A stretch of DNA of 64,000 bases from Eledone cirrhosa (GCA_964016885.1 OZ024742.1:148614001-148678000), one strand, 5' to 3'. Numbered from the stretch's first letter, positions 40,626 through 56,349 are shown. Notes: generated by a model not told the origin, from the letters alone. Program-made: numbers and translations.

Positions 40626-41600
40626 CCTAGGCCTAGAGCCCATCACCCTGTCCTCACCCTGTCCTCACCCTCCCATTCTTCCGTGACCTCAGAGCCCTTT
40701 CCTTTCCCTTTATTTTCTATTTTTAAATATCTTTAGTGTTATTATTTTTTTTTAATAGATTTGTTTATGATATTTAGTTGTTAAATTGATTTATTAACTG
40801 ATATCCACTTGTTTCATTTATTATCATCATCAGCTTATTCACCATCTCTACTGATGTTTATCCTCATCATAAGAATTACCACCACTAGTCATCAATTCAT
40901 TAGAAGTGTCTTTAGTTGACCACCAATCTCCACATTCTTATATATTCTTTATTAATTCATATCCTCTTACCCATTAATATATTTTATTTATCATCATTTT
41001 CTATTTAGTATCAGCATAATTTTATGCCCCATCACTATCTATTGTTTCTTATCATCCTCATAAGCATCATCAATTCACTAACAGATTATTTAGCTCATCA
41101 CATTCTTATTTATTTATTGTCTATTAATTGATATTCACTCAGCCATTTATTTCATTTATTTATCATCATCTTCTATAGTATCATCATTATCAATTCACTA
41201 AACGTTTCCTAAACTGACTATATTTCTTTATTTGTTATATTAATTAATTTACACATTATCCCTAGTGGTGTTTCTTTGCCATTCATCAGCACCCCATCTC
41301 AACCCTTTGTTCAAGATTCTTTCAATTTATCTACACCTCTTTTCTCTCCCTTTTCTCTTCTTCACATCTTCCCCCTTTTCTCCCTTTTTTTTTTACTTTG
41401 CCCTCTTTCGTTTTCTTTATTTCCCTCATTTTTTTTTTTTTTTTGCTTTTTTCGTACTTTCTTTTTTTTTCTCCGCCCCCATGACTTTTTCTATCCTTGT
41501 TTTCTCTTCCTCATATTCTCTCTATTACTTTCTACATTTCCCGTAAAAATTCCTTCCATCCGCTCCCTATTTATACTGTCTCTCTGTCACTGAAAATTCA

Positions 41601-41720
41601 GTCTTGGCTGATGATCCCATGAGTTATCAGGTGAAACACCAGAGTAATAATTCTCATTACTTAGCCATAATATAAAATATGATTAAATTCTACTTGTGTA
41701 TTGAATACTCATTCTTGCAT
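41601..41720 (+). ncRNA. Family C hammerhead with 3' tail (older copy)
   Basis: CTGATGA tcccatgagttatcaggt GAAA caccagag TA; tail ttagccataatataaaatatgattaaattctacttgtgtattgaatac is homologous to 11927-11975. Confidence 0.6.
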
Positions 41721-43288
41721 CTTCTCACCTTATCCCACACTTCTCTCAGATCTCTGTCACTCCCGACAACATCCACATGTCCAAAAATACATGAAAGAAG
41801 CCACCTTATTTCCAATTTCCAATCCTTTTTCAATTATTCTTCCTCTCACGCTACACACACCAAATCCTTTAATATGTTATCACAATTCTTCTGGTTCTGT
41901 TTAACGCGTTGAGAAAAGTGTTTACTGAAAGTTCACCCCTATCACCATTATCTTTTTCACATGCCAAAACATTATATATAATAAACAAACGTTAACAGAG
42001 TAAACTTAGTAGTTGAAATTTATTATCAAGAAAAACTATGGTGTATTTTATTTAATTATTGAAAGGGAATATATTTCCAGCATTCCTCTCCTTACAAAAA
42101 CAGTATACAACCGTTGAAAAGACGAGTTTACAGTGCAACAGAAATCTCAACAAAACATCTATAAAATTCCTTACAGCATGCACAGAACTCTAGTTGGGAA
42201 ACACGAGCCTAGAAGTGGCCTCTCATTTTTTTTTTTTTTGTGGATGGGGCACACAAGGAGAAAAGAGATGGAGAGAATGGCTGGAATGAAAATCTTCCTG
42301 AATCTTACTGATCTAAAATGAACTAAAAACCATATTAATTATTTATCGAATATTTCTGTCTGTCTCTACTAATTTCTATTTTCATGGTTAATTATTTTCA
42401 AATGTAACATAATTAATATGCCTCTAATTAGTTTGTATCGATGAAATAGTTGTATCGATGAAATAGTTCCGATGAAATAGTAAGAAAGTAAATATTGTAA
42501 TTGAAACGAAATCCCCACAAGTCACACCTTACTGTTATAAATAAGAAAAGAAAACATTAGAGAATTGAGTTCTACATAACTTTAATATGGCCGACTGATT
42601 GTGTTTGGAATACCTTAACTATACCTTGGATCGAACGGGGGTAATAATATGAGGTTAAACAATAAAAAAAAAACAAGTTAAAACTAGACTAGCTATGAAT
42701 CTTTAAAATGGGAAGGGCGCGTTACATGATGTAATCTTAGATATGTTATGCCTGAACAAAATACTTGATGGTTACGGCTAGAACGCTTTTAATAGGTTTG
42801 ATCAGGGCTGATCACAGGCTAAACAACAATAACAATAGCAACAATATCAACAAGAATAACAATAGTGGCAGCAATACCAAAAACAATAACAGCAGCCGTT
42901 GCAACAACAAAAACAACAGCAGCAGCAATACCAACTTTGAGCTCGAGGGGCATGGATGCCGTGAATTATATATATATATATATATATAAAATTATATATA
43001 TATGCAAGGAAATTCCTTCCTTGCTCACATTTCAACCAGGTTTGATGGTCTTTATTCTCTCGTTCACGATTCCACCGAATTTATATTCATAGAAATCTGG
43101 GACTTGTTTCTTTCTTCTTCATCACTTTATGTTGCTTAAACCATTTTGTTTGTTTACCCTAGCGTCCCCTTTATTTACGTGTCCCAACGACTTTTTTTAA
43201 CCGTTGCTCGCACCAACCTGAGGTATATGGCCTTTAAAGCGACGAAATGCCTACGACGGTTGGAAGGCCACTGATGAAGGACAAACTT

Positions 43289-43324
<36 letters not shown>

Positions 43325-43328
<4 letters not shown>

Positions 43329-43740
43329 TAACGAGGAATCAGTAATGCATCAAACCACAATTTATTAACATATTACATATTACATATGTTTTTCCGTAGA
43401 TCAGCTCAAGGCAGGATCTGTTACAGATCGAACCCGACTCTGCATTCGAAGGTTCCTCAGATATGCTTTGTGGATTCTAAGTATACCATCTCACAAAGCA
43501 TATCTGAGGAACCTTCGAATGCAGAGTGGGGTTCGATCTGTAACAGATCCTGCCTTGAGCTGATCTACGGAGAAACATATGTAATATGTTAATAAATTGT
43601 GGTTTGATGTATTACTGATTCCTCGTTATCTATCTATAATATATATACTCTGTTCTTCGCGAGCATCGAGTGCTCAACCGGCATACCGCCTACGGACGCA
43701 TTTAATTGCAGACCTACAACAACTATATTTCTATATACGA
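43325..43740 (+). mobile_element. Fold-back hammerhead cassette, family G
   Basis: Arms 43325-43472/43492-43632; tail with bulged stem at 43646-43672; (TA)n flanks. Confidence 0.85.
43498..43589 (+). ncRNA. Type I hammerhead with an expanded stem II region
   Basis: gcatat CTGAGGA [61 nt including gatctgtaacagatc] GAAA catatg TA atatgt. Confidence 0.75.
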
Positions 43741-43743
43741 GTA

Positions 43744-43777
<34 letters not shown>

Positions 43778-43826
43778 AAATAAACTAAAATAAATATATA
43801 TATATATATATATATACATATACACA

Positions 43827-43919
<93 letters not shown>

Positions 43920-44614
43920 CAGCAAGTTAATAACACCAACAATGTAGCGAGTTCAGACATAAATACAACATCAAGTTTGTTTATCGTCTTTCAATGTTCC
44001 ATTTAGTTACTATTTATAATTTACATTATCTGGATTACTATTAACAATATATTTGGGTTTTGTAATCTTCCATTGCCATTTCAAATTGCTAAGGTGAATT
44101 CGATAGAAAATTGTTTACAGCTTAAAATTAGGTTTAGCAAAGAAAAAATATAACACGGATTTTCTTTTCCTTTAATTTTTTGTCATTTTTTTTATTTATT
44201 GAGTGTGTATTGTTTTTTTAATGATACGCGATATTGTGCATGTGTATATATTTATATATTAGTTTCTTTAACTTGTTCATATGCTTGCCTACTTGAACAC
44301 ACATACATATGCTTACACACACACACACACACACACACAAATACACATACTTTCACACTTGATTTCGCTAATTGCCGGATAACATCAAAACAAAACACAC
44401 AGACACACACATGCACAAACACACATACACAAACACACATACACATACAGAAACACACGCACACATCTATACTTTATATGTATGTATGTATGCATGTATG
44501 TATGTAAGATCATTCCCCCTCTCTATAATTTAACTGCTTTACTCTCTCTGTCGCTCTTCACTCTCTATTTGACAGCACTGTTTTAGTTTCTGTATCTCCC
44601 TTCAATATATACAC

Positions 44615-44681
<67 letters not shown>

Positions 44682-44684
44682 GTC

Positions 44685-44785
44685 GGAAGCACAATGTGAC
44701 ACGGGACGGTGTGTGGTATCTTTGCAGTGGAGTGGTGGGGGATAGGTATACCTATCCGGGCGCCAGCCGGGCGGGGCAGTTAGTA
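44685..44785 (+). mobile_element. Possible Helitron-type 3' end
   Basis: GC hairpin ccgggcgccagccgg about 10 nt upstream of ttag|t (canonical end is CTAG|T). Confidence 0.4.
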
Positions 44786-45887
44786 TATATATAAAATTGA
44801 AAAAGTGAAGAATAACATGGTCAGCAGTCCAAAAATGGGATTTATTTACAGTCTAACAATTGTTTCACTGATTAAGTTGTCTAAAAATTGCTGAACAGTA
44901 GAAGCAGTGCCACTCAATTTTAAAAACGATGTTAGCTTAATCAGATCATCAGAGACAATTAGGATATCCGTTGGATTTATAAATTCAAATAACAGCATCA
45001 TTAATAATATTAATAATAAAGATAGAGAGAAATAGAGATAGATAAACGAAAGAAAGAAAAAGGGAAAAAGAAAAAGAAAAAAGAGAAAGGAAAACAGAGA
45101 TATATAGATAGAAAAAGACATAGAGAAAAAGACAGAGAGAAAGGAGGAGAGAAAGGGGAGAGAAAAAGGATAAAGGACAAATAAAGGTAGAGAGAAAGAA
45201 AAATAGAGGGAAAATTATGATAACAACAATAAATGAATTAATGTTAATACATGAATAAATGTAAATAAATAAACATGTTACATCGAGGATGATAGAAAAT
45301 AATATAAAATAAGTAAAAATGTGAGAAGAAATTTAAACATATTAAGATTATTGAAAGTGGTTATTAAGAGTGGTTAAAATATAGAGAGATACGAAGGTAT
45401 AAACATGAGAATGTTAAATATATTTATGTGTGTACTGGTTATTTTAATAAATTAATTATATAATTAATTAATTATTTTATTAATTAGTTGCAAGTTATAT
45501 TAGAAGTGAAAATGATATGATAAGATAGAATAAGATAAAATAAGATAAAATGCTAGAGATTAAATAAATTTAGGGAGAGAAACAGAAAGATAGAAAGTGA
45601 AAGATAGAGATATATAAAAAATGAATGTAAAATATAAGAGGTTATGATGTTGGTTCATTGATAGATGATGGCAATTATAATAACAATAGTGATAATAGGA
45701 TATTATAAGATATTATAATAGATCTAAGTGGTACAATTTGGGTTATGGAATAGATCATAAACTCGCCATCTACGTAAACCTCTTGTTGAGCCAAACAACG
45801 CCGTACGTGAAAAAACAAAAAACAAAAACAATAACAAAGAGTGCAGTACGAACAGTGTTGGTATTAGGTTCACGCTTGAGAGTGGGC

Positions 45888-45938
<51 letters not shown>

Positions 45939-46782
45939 GTGTTACGTAATTCCAAAGGAAAAGCAAAGGAAAAAAGAGTGCTCTATGTATAAGTCCTTCT
46001 TCAGGAAATTTCGGATAAGGAGAGACCAGATACACATATGAGTAGTGAGATATGGTTAGGGAAGGAAATTAAAAGAAAAAAAAACGGGAAACAATGGCTG
46101 CCAAAAAAATCATCTTCAAACAACACTCCACTCTCTTAGGGTAATATAGTTTGGAGTATCATGTTCGCGGTAACAGGATGGGATGGGAGAGTGGTGACAG
46201 ACACAACACCACAGTCTAAGTGATATAACTCAGCTACGACTCCACAGACAAAATGACAATGGCATTGCCAGGGAAAACAGCCAGCGACACCTGCTGCCTC
46301 AGTCACTTCAGTACTCATGGCTTCTTCCTCAGGCGGAATACACTCCTCATAGTTTTGTGGAGGGAAACGGCAGTATGGGGACTGTGTGCACCAGAGGTTT
46401 CAGCCACCGACATGGTAAGAAAGGGATCGTAATGACAGAAGATGGTATTTATTATAACTTAAATATTAGGTGTATGAGCATGTATATATGTGAATGTGTA
46501 CTTATGGAATTGTGTGTTCAATTTTGTGCCTGGGTATTTGTGTATGGCTATGGCTGTGTTTTTATATGAATGTTTGTACATATATGTTAATATATAAACC
46601 CAAAGACATATTTGATTGGTTTCCTGTCGAAGTCAAGCTGGAGGGACAAAGCAGTTACTGTGTTAAGAGAGGTGATGAGAGTGGAGACTATCATTATATA
46701 AAGAGATGGATTTGATGAGAGGAGATAGAGAAACATATGCCAGGGAGATTGATATAATGCGAGAGAGAGGGGGAGAAGAGAA

Positions 46783-46822
<40 letters not shown>

Positions 46823-47099
46823 GGGGGGGAGGGAGAGAGAGAGAGAAAGAGAGAGAGAGGGGGGGATACCAACAATCAGGAGTGTGTGTGATAGCAACCA
46901 AACACAGAAATAAATGAAGAAATGGGCAGGAAGAGTGACAGGGGAAGGAGATAAAGTGGGTTATAGAGGAGGGGGAAATGAAGAAACAGAGCTCAACGAC
47001 AGAGAGACAGAATAGGAGAAGCGATGTGATAAAGTAACCGGAGTGTAGAAAGTGGGCAAGTGATAAAGAATATAATCAATGTAGTGGTAAAGAGAGAGG

Positions 47100-47175
<76 letters not shown>

Positions 47176-47228
47176 CTGACAAAGAGAGAGAATGAAAGTG
47201 AGAAATTCGTGTGTGATACCAAAGTTGT

Positions 47229-47310
<82 letters not shown>

Positions 47311-47313
<3 letters not shown>

Positions 47314-47489
47314 CGAAGGAAATGTGGTAAGGAACCAGGTGGACCATAACGCACCAAAGTACTCAATACTTAGGGTAGTAGAGTGGGTAATAGGAACTAG
47401 TAGGACCCCGACGGCTGAGCTGTGTGTGTGTTTAGTCCAGAATTAGCCGTCGAAACGGCTTGAGCTCAGCCGTCGGGGTCCTACTCATT

Positions 47490-47492
<3 letters not shown>
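47311..47492 (-). mobile_element. Family A fold-back cassette (copy 5), with one arm disrupted by (TG)n
   Basis: Tail nearly identical to 25021; ...gctgagc tgtgtgtgtgtttagtccagaattagccgtcGAAAcggc. Confidence 0.85.
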
Positions 47493-47548
<56 letters not shown>

Positions 47549-47819
47549 TTATATATGGAGAGAGAGGGGGAGAGGGAGACCTGAAGATGAGTAGGCCCCA
47601 CCAGGTTTAAAATGCTTACGAAACACCGTATGTCCATACGACATACGTTGTTTCTTAGGCATTTTAAACCTACGACTCCACAAGCTGTTACAAGTCCAGA
47701 GAGAGAGACAGACAGACAGACAGACAAAGAAGAAGAAAGAGAGAGAAATAGAGTATAGATTTCTAGCATAGCCATGATGCTTCCGATTTAGGGTAAGGTG
47801 TAGTCAATTCAATAAAGCC

Positions 47820-48390
47820 AGTACATAATAGTACGCGAGGGTAGGCCCCTCATCTCGGATGCCACATGCTGTGACACCTACTCATGTGGCAAACTGGTGC
47901 GTTTGGATACCAGCCCAGGCTCTTCTGCCCACCAGGCCGAAGAGGGCAAACTGTCCAAGTATCGGTCGCTCTAGGGTAGATTTGTGGTAGAGACTGTACA
48001 GTGTGGACTTTTGGTGTTCTTGGCCCCCGGACCACATCCCTACTCACTGCTATCAGAGCGGAGTTGGCCGCCTGCATGTGCGAGCCTCGTGGGGTGGGGT
48101 GGGGTGGCTGTTTCAGCGCGTCTCCCTCTCCGTCCTCTGAGGCAATGTATTCTCCATCCTGTCGGCCGTGATCCAAGGCGGAGGGGAGGGTAAGTTAGTT
48201 GGTAGTGGAGGATACTCGTTCGGTCGTTACTTTCACACATGTGTTCAATGCCATTTTGAATCTATTCATTTCATATGGCTCAGTGGCTGTGAGGTGGTCA
48301 GCGCGTGGGAACCCATTTGCTCACAAAAGTGAGAGATGCGGAGAGCGGGAGAGACGAAGACAGTTCTTTTGTGTTCGGATCTGGTGTATA
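47820..48390 (-). mobile_element. Probable LINE 5' end with an ORF1-like remnant
   Basis: GC-richer island; terminus shared with 1165-1290; Cys/His-rich remnant near 47830-47890. Confidence 0.4.
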
Positions 48391-48704
48391 TATATGTGTA
48401 TATAAAAGAGAATGAGTCTTTCCCGCTACCTGTTAAATAACCAGTTATTTTATCGAACCCAGAAGAATGGAAAGAAATAATAGTTTCAAGTCAGAATGTA
48501 AAATAAGAAACTAAATACCACAAGATATTTTCTAGTTTCTATCAATACACCATCCATTTCTGTACAATATTGATACATAGAAATTCTGGGCATAACTATG
48601 TTCCTGTTTCTGTAGTATACATTTACGCGTATTAATGAGATTATGAATGAGATTATGAATGAGATTGCGAGAGAAAGTTTGGTTGAGTGTATTCATATGT
48701 GTTG

Positions 48705-48798
<94 letters not shown>

Positions 48799-48886
48799 AT
48801 CGAAGTAGGACGTATTATGCATGTGTGTAGGTAGTTAAAGTCAAACAATAAAAAGGCGAACGTGTAAATACACTCCAGAGCATATA

Positions 48887-48920
<34 letters not shown>

Positions 48921-48923
48921 TGT

Positions 48924-49018
<95 letters not shown>

Positions 49019-49022
49019 CATG

Positions 49023-49110
<88 letters not shown>

Positions 49111-49117
49111 CATGTAT

Positions 49118-49215
<98 letters not shown>

Positions 49216-49365
49216 GTGTATGTGTGTCTATGTGCATCGATGTATTTGCATTCATGTCAGTCCGAGCCAAGTTTTAATGAATATTGGTCCAACTATGTGA
49301 ACTGATCTAAATCTAAAATTTTAATTAAACTTTTTTCAATAATTGATCATTAAAGAAACAGAGAC

Positions 49366-49890
49366 ATGACTGAAGCATTATCAATATCTACAACACCAAC
49401 AAGAACACCACCACCACCAACAACAACAACAACAACGACGACGACGACTACAGGAACAGCACAAACATCAACAACAACAACAATACTACCAACAACACCA
49501 CCAACACCACTAACAACAACAACAACAACACCCCCTCCAACAACAACACCACCACCACCAACAACAACACCAATAACAATGACAACACCAACAACAACAT
49601 AACAACACCACCAACAACAACAATACCACCAACAACACCACCAACAACAACACCACCACCACCACCAACACTACCACCAACAAGACCACCAACACCAAGA
49701 ACACCTCATCATCATCATCATTCGTCGACTACTGTCGAGATGATGGATCTCACTCTCATGCCCCAGAATTCCCTGCAACACCTACAACACCAACATCACC
49801 ACCAACACCAACAACAACACCAACAACAACAACAACAACACCAACAACACCAACTCCACCACCACCAACAACAACACCAACCCCACCACC

Positions 49891-49922
<32 letters not shown>

Positions 49923-51043
49923 CACCAACAACATCACCAGCAACAACAACAACAACACCAACACCACCACCAACAACAACAACAACACCCACCCCACCAC
50001 CAACAACACCAACAACAACAACACCAACACCACCACCAACAACATCAACAACACCACCACCAACAACAACAACACCAACCCCACCACCAACAACAATAAC
50101 ACCAACACCACCAACAACACCAACAACACCACCACCAACAACAACAACAACAACACCAACACCATCACCAACAACAATACCAACAACAACACCAACACCA
50201 AAAACACCAACACCAACAACAACAACACCAACACCATCACCAACAACAGCAACAACACCACCAACAACAACAACACCAACAACACCACCACCAACACCAA
50301 CAACACCAACAACACCACCACCAACAACAACAACACCACCAACAACAACAACAACACTAACCCCACCACCAACAACAACAACACCAACACCACAACCAAC
50401 AACAACAACAACGCCAACCCCACCACCACCAACAACAACAACACCAACAACAACAACAACAACACCAACAACACCAACAACACCACCACCACCAACAACA
50501 ACACCAACCCCACCACCAACACCACCACCACTAACAACAACAACACCACCAACAACAACAACAACACCAACAACACCAACCCCACCACCACCAACAACAA
50601 CAACACCAACACCACCAACAACACCAACCCCACCACCACCACCAACAACAACACCAACACCACCAACAACACCAACAACACCAACAACAACAACAACACC
50701 ATCACCAACAACAACAACACCACCAACAACACCACCAACAACACCAACAACACCACCACCAACACCAACAACAACACCACCACCAACACCACCAACAACA
50801 CCAACCCCACCACCACCACCAACAACAACACCAACACCACCAACAACACCAACAACACCACCAACAACACCAACAACACCATCACCAACAACAACAACAC
50901 CACCAACAACACCACCAACAACACCAACAACACCACCACCAACACCAACAACAACACCACCACCAACACCACCAACAACACCAACCCCACCACCAACAAC
51001 GATTACTACAGCAAGAACAACAATAACTATAGTAGTGATATAA
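49366..51043 (+). repeat. ACA/CCA triplet array (Thr/Pro-rich if coding) with a unique island at 49715-49780
   Basis: Seen directly; internal 180-bp duplication (50701 vs 50881). Confidence 0.85.
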
Positions 51044-51199
51044 CTGAACCCAAATAAATAACTACATATTTCGTGCACTGACAAGTATTGGTGACCTAAA
51101 TTACATGAGAATTAATTAGATTTATAGATGGGCTGTTGTTGCCTGTCTTTATATTACTTTAAAGTCTGATGTGATTTTCTTATGAGCTACCTATACCTC

Positions 51200-52290
51200 T
51201 TCCACACATTCTCACTCACACACACACACATTCTCACTCACACACACACACACATTCTCACTCACACACATACACATTCTCACACACACACATTCTCACT
51301 CACACACACACACATTCTCACTCACTCACACACACACATTCTCACTCACACACACACACATTCTCACACACACACACATTCTCACTCACACACACACACA
51401 TTCACACACACACACACACATTCTCACTCACATACACACACATTCTCACTCACACACACATTCTCACTCACACACACAGACATTCTCACTCACTCACACA
51501 CACATTCTCACTGACACCCACACACATTCTCACTCACACACACACACATTCTCACTCACACACACACACATTCTCACACACACACACATTCTCACTCACA
51601 CACACACACATTCTCACTCACACACACACATTCTCACTCACACACACATTCTCACTCACACACACACACATTCTCACTCACACACACACACATTCTCACT
51701 CACACACACATTCTCACTCACACACACACACATTCTCACTCACACACACACACATTCTCACTCACACACACATTCTCACTCACACACACACACACATTCT
51801 CACTCACACACACACACACACATTCTCACTCACACACACATTCTCACTCACACACACACACGTTCTCACTCACACACACACACATTCTCACTCACACACA
51901 CACATGCACCCCACACACACATGCACCCCACACACACATGCACGCCACACACACACATGCACCCCAGACACACATGCACCCCACACACACACATGCACCC
52001 CAGACACACATGCACGCCACACACACACATGTACGCCACACACACATGCACCCCACACACACATGCACGCCACACACACACACATGCACCCCACACACAC
52101 ACAGATTCACGCCACACACACATGCACGCCACACACAGATGGACGCCACACACACATGCACCCCACACACACATGCACACCACACACACATGCACGCCAC
52201 ACACACACACATGCACCCCACACACACACAGATTCACGCCACACACACATGCACGCCACACACAGATGGACGCCACACACACATACACAC
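51200..52290. repeat. (CA)n-derived minisatellites: ttctcact(ca)n, then catgcacccca/catgcacgcca units
   Basis: Seen directly. Confidence 0.9.
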
Positions 52291-52411
52291 ATACACACTC
52301 TCTCTCTCATTATTCTCTCCTAATGCTTAGCTAACTCACGCCTTTCTCCCTGTATATATAATGTATATATATATATATATGTATATATATGTATATGTAT
52401 GTATATATAAT

Positions 52412-52603
52412 TGTTTCTACTTTAGGCACAAGGCCAGCAATTACCCAGTGTATTACTGGTACTTTATTTTATCGACCCCGTAAGGATGAAAGGCAAAGTT
52501 AACCTTGGCGGGATTTGAACTCAGATGGTAAAGGGACGTAACTATGCTGGAAAGCATGGCGTCCGACCCTCTACCGATACTGCCAATCTACTGCCAATCC
52601 ACC
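52412..52603 (-). mobile_element. tRNA-derived SINE with 21-bp TSD
   Basis: gtatatgtatgtatatataat at 52391-52411 and 52604-52624. Confidence 0.9.
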
Positions 52604-52863
52604 GTATATGTATGTATATATAATGTATATATATATGTATATATATGTATACTCTTCCCTTCTTTCTTCTACACATTTACACATCTTTACACACCACGCA
52701 TCTCAACGTACACCCACTTACATCTCTCTATCCACCACCGGATCTTGTTACCCGGAGATTTACCCATTTGCATTGTCGAGGCTTCCAAGCGACTTAAAAA
52801 TATTTATTTATTATTCCACAATGCTTCAAGCAAACTTCAATACTCTCTTATATATGTATATGT

Positions 52864-52908
<45 letters not shown>

Positions 52909-53150
52909 GTGTGAAGGCGCGTGGCTGAGTGGTTAGAGAATTGGATTCACAATTGTGATGTTGTGAGTTCGATTATTGGACCGGGCGATGCGTTATGTCC
53001 TTGAGCAAGACACTTTATTTCACGTTGCTCCTTCTACCTGGAGTTGCAACCGATAGATAGTACTAGCAACTGGAAAGGCCAACGGAAACATTGTTTCCTC
53101 GGTCCGATTCGACGAAAGTCGATCGACTATCATATATGTATGTATATATC

Positions 53151-53181
<31 letters not shown>

Positions 53182-53182
53182 G

Positions 53183-53213
<31 letters not shown>

Positions 53214-54224
53214 GTGTGTGTGTATATACATGCATACATACGTACGTACAAACGTACATACACACATACATACATATAATGCTGATGCCCAGACTGGAAC
53301 AAGTGTAAAAGTACACACACACACACACACCCGCCTCTCTCTCTCTATTTATATATACATATGAGTGTGTGTAATATTTTTTCTGATTTTATTCATGTGT
53401 ATATGATGAGGCAACGCCTTCAAATGTTCAGTCAATCTTATCGACCTTAGTACTTATTTCAATCTGGTACCTATCTGGTACCTATTTCATTGATTCCTAT
53501 ATGCTGAATAGCTAAGTTACGCGACATAAAAAGTACACAAACAAGTATGGAACATGCACTAAACCGTACGCAGTCCCGCGCTCCTTACTTTATTATAATT
53601 TAGATATATAACCTTCAAAATTTATATATATATTGTATATATATAAATTTTGAAGGTTATATATCTAAACTTTATAATTTTTTATCTATATAATTTTATA
53701 TATCTAAACTTTATAATTTTTTATCCCCTTAGTAAAATAAGTTGGATTACTTTGAATAAATAATGAATGAATATTACATAATTTATCTACTAAATTTCGT
53801 GGCTGTTCATTAAATATATTTTATTATTTAAGCGACCGCTTAAATAAACATATTAATTTTCTGTCACTAATTTTCTCCTAATGCACTTTATATATAATAT
53901 CGACCTTTTTAATGAATCATGGATTACGTTACTGATTAAATAAGACAGTGTAACGCAGTCTTCGTTCAATTTCTGTGTATATTGTCAATTACAATTTTAT
54001 TTGATGTATCATATCTACATGTATATATACCTGCGTATAATATCAATATACACACTACACATGCTAGCAGAAAACCACCCGAAGAGTGGTTTTTTTCTGC
54101 TAGTATATATAACGAGCTTCTGCACGGCTTTAACAAATTCCAACCACATAATTGTCAAGCCGTTGTTAAGGTTGACACTACAGTACCTCGTCACTCTCTC
54201 TCATTCACTCACTCCTTGTCGTTC

Positions 54225-54283
<59 letters not shown>

Positions 54284-54640
54284 CTCTCGGATGTAGGTTG
54301 AGCCCTGAAACGTTAGATTCCTCTTTTCCCTATGTCATACGAACTTGTTCAAACTCTCGAATTTCACTGTATAAATGTTGCTGTTGCTAAAAACAACCAT
54401 TTTTTTACTTGCGCAACTTTAACTCAGATTCTAGTTCAAAACTCTCCTGGATATCCCCAGCTAATTCAAACATCGGACAAATGGTTTCAATCAGTGAAAA
54501 TTCTTTGAAATACAGTTTGTGTTTTATATAGGTTTCGGCGGGAGGGTTGGGTGATTGTTTGGGGTTCTTTTACTTTTACGTTTTCTTGAAACAGAAGAGT
54601 GAGATTGATAGATAGAAAAAGGAAGAGATAGGAAAAGAGA

Positions 54641-54733
<93 letters not shown>

Positions 54734-55200
54734 AAAGCTAAATAAATGCCCCCAAAAGAACACTTTAATAATTTATTGTAATGGATAAATGCCAAAGATT
54801 TACTTCGAAGAAAAATAAGATAGGATCCCAAAATATCCGTTAAAAGGATTGAATAAAAATGTTATTGGCAAGTAGCTATATATACAAAAGGATGCCTGTC
54901 TCTTTGCTGGAACTTTCTACTCAGCACTCCATCTTGGTAAATAGAAAAAAATATATAATAGAACAAAATTTTGTTCTTGACAAAAATAATGAAACGTTTT
55001 ATGTATAAAGATTTAGAAATAGAAGTGTCTAGAATTGCATTTGGATGTAATATAAAATATAAAAAAGAAAATGATATATTTGGATGTAATATAAAATATA
55101 AAAAAGGAAGTGATATAATCCTCATAGATAGTTGGAAAAATTGAACTAATGACAAAAACGTAGGAATACACAAATTGATGAAGATAGCGTGACTGCACAA

Positions 55201-55371
55201 GAAGAAGAAGAAGAAGAAGAAGAAGAAGAAGAAGAAGAAGAAGAAGAAGAAGAAGAAGAAGAAGAAGAAGAAGAAGAAGAAGAAGAAGAAGAAGAAGAAG
55301 AAGAAGAAGAAGAAGAAGAAGAAGAAGAAGAAGAAGAAGAAGAAGAAGAAGCTGCTGCTGCTGCTGCTGCT
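55201..55371. repeat. (GAA)n followed by (GCT)n
   Basis: Seen directly. Confidence 0.95.
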
Positions 55372-55744
55372 ATGGTATTAAATATTGTAATTCTATAAAG
55401 TATCAAAATATTTCATCATGCATCTACGATCTGGTCACTAACATTACTTCACTTGTATTTCAGTCGTTCGAGGTGGTAGAAACTGCCTCTTTTATTAAAC
55501 TTGACTTAGATTTCATTTGATATATAATTATACAGATATAATTTATTTAACGAAAACCTGAGTGTAATTTGACTAGATGTTATAAGACATAATGTAGTTT
55601 AAATGACAGTGAATATAGCCAGTACGTATTAATATCGTTCCGAGTAAATTAAATCGGTACAAGTAATTTAAATTTCGATTCAATTAAACATGAGACGACA
55701 AATCTTGCTAGCTGCAGCAATATTTCCTGTCATTATTTTGGATT

Positions 55745-56328
55745 GGCGGTGGATTGGCAGTATCGGTAGAGGGTCGGACGTCATGCTTCGCAGCATAGAG
55801 TTACGCCCCTTTACGGTCTGAGTTCAAATCCCGCCGAGGTTAACTTTGCCTTTCATCCTTACGGGGTCGATAAAATAAAGTACCAGACACGCACTGGCGT
55901 CGATTTAATCGACTTCCTCCTCCCCAAAATTGCTGGCCTTGTGCCTATATAAGAAACCATTATTTTGGATTGCGGTGGATTGGTAGCATCGGTAGAGCAT
56001 CAGACGCCATGCTTTGCAGCATAGAGTTATGCGGGGTTGATAAAATAAAGCAATTACCCAGTAATGCACTGGGTAATTGCTGGCCTTGCGCCAAAAGTAG
56101 AAACAATTATTATGGATTGGCAGAATCGTTGGGGCTCCGTACAACATGCTGTGTAGCATAGAGTTACAGCCTTTTACGTTCTGAGTTCAAATCCCGCCGA
56201 GGTTAGCTTTTCATTTCGTCCTTACGGGGTCGATAAAATAAGGTACCAGTAACGAACTGGGGTCGATTTAATCGGCTATCACCTCCGCCAAAATTGCTGG
56301 CCTTGTGCCTAAAGTAGAAATCATTATT
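55745..56328 (+). mobile_element. Three head-to-tail SINE copies (long, internally deleted, long)
   Basis: Starts at ~55745, ~55972 and ~56113. Confidence 0.88.
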
Positions 56329-56349
56329 GTCTCCCTTTGAACAACATTT

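Noticed and set aside
45990-46020. CTGAAGAAGG on the minus strand; also ctgatgaagg at 43271 and ctgatgag at 33080
   Set aside because: 5' core only, with no downstream stem II + GAAA + NUH.
55189-55398. Poly-Glu / poly-Ser ORFs
   Set aside because: Pure (GAA)n microsatellite.
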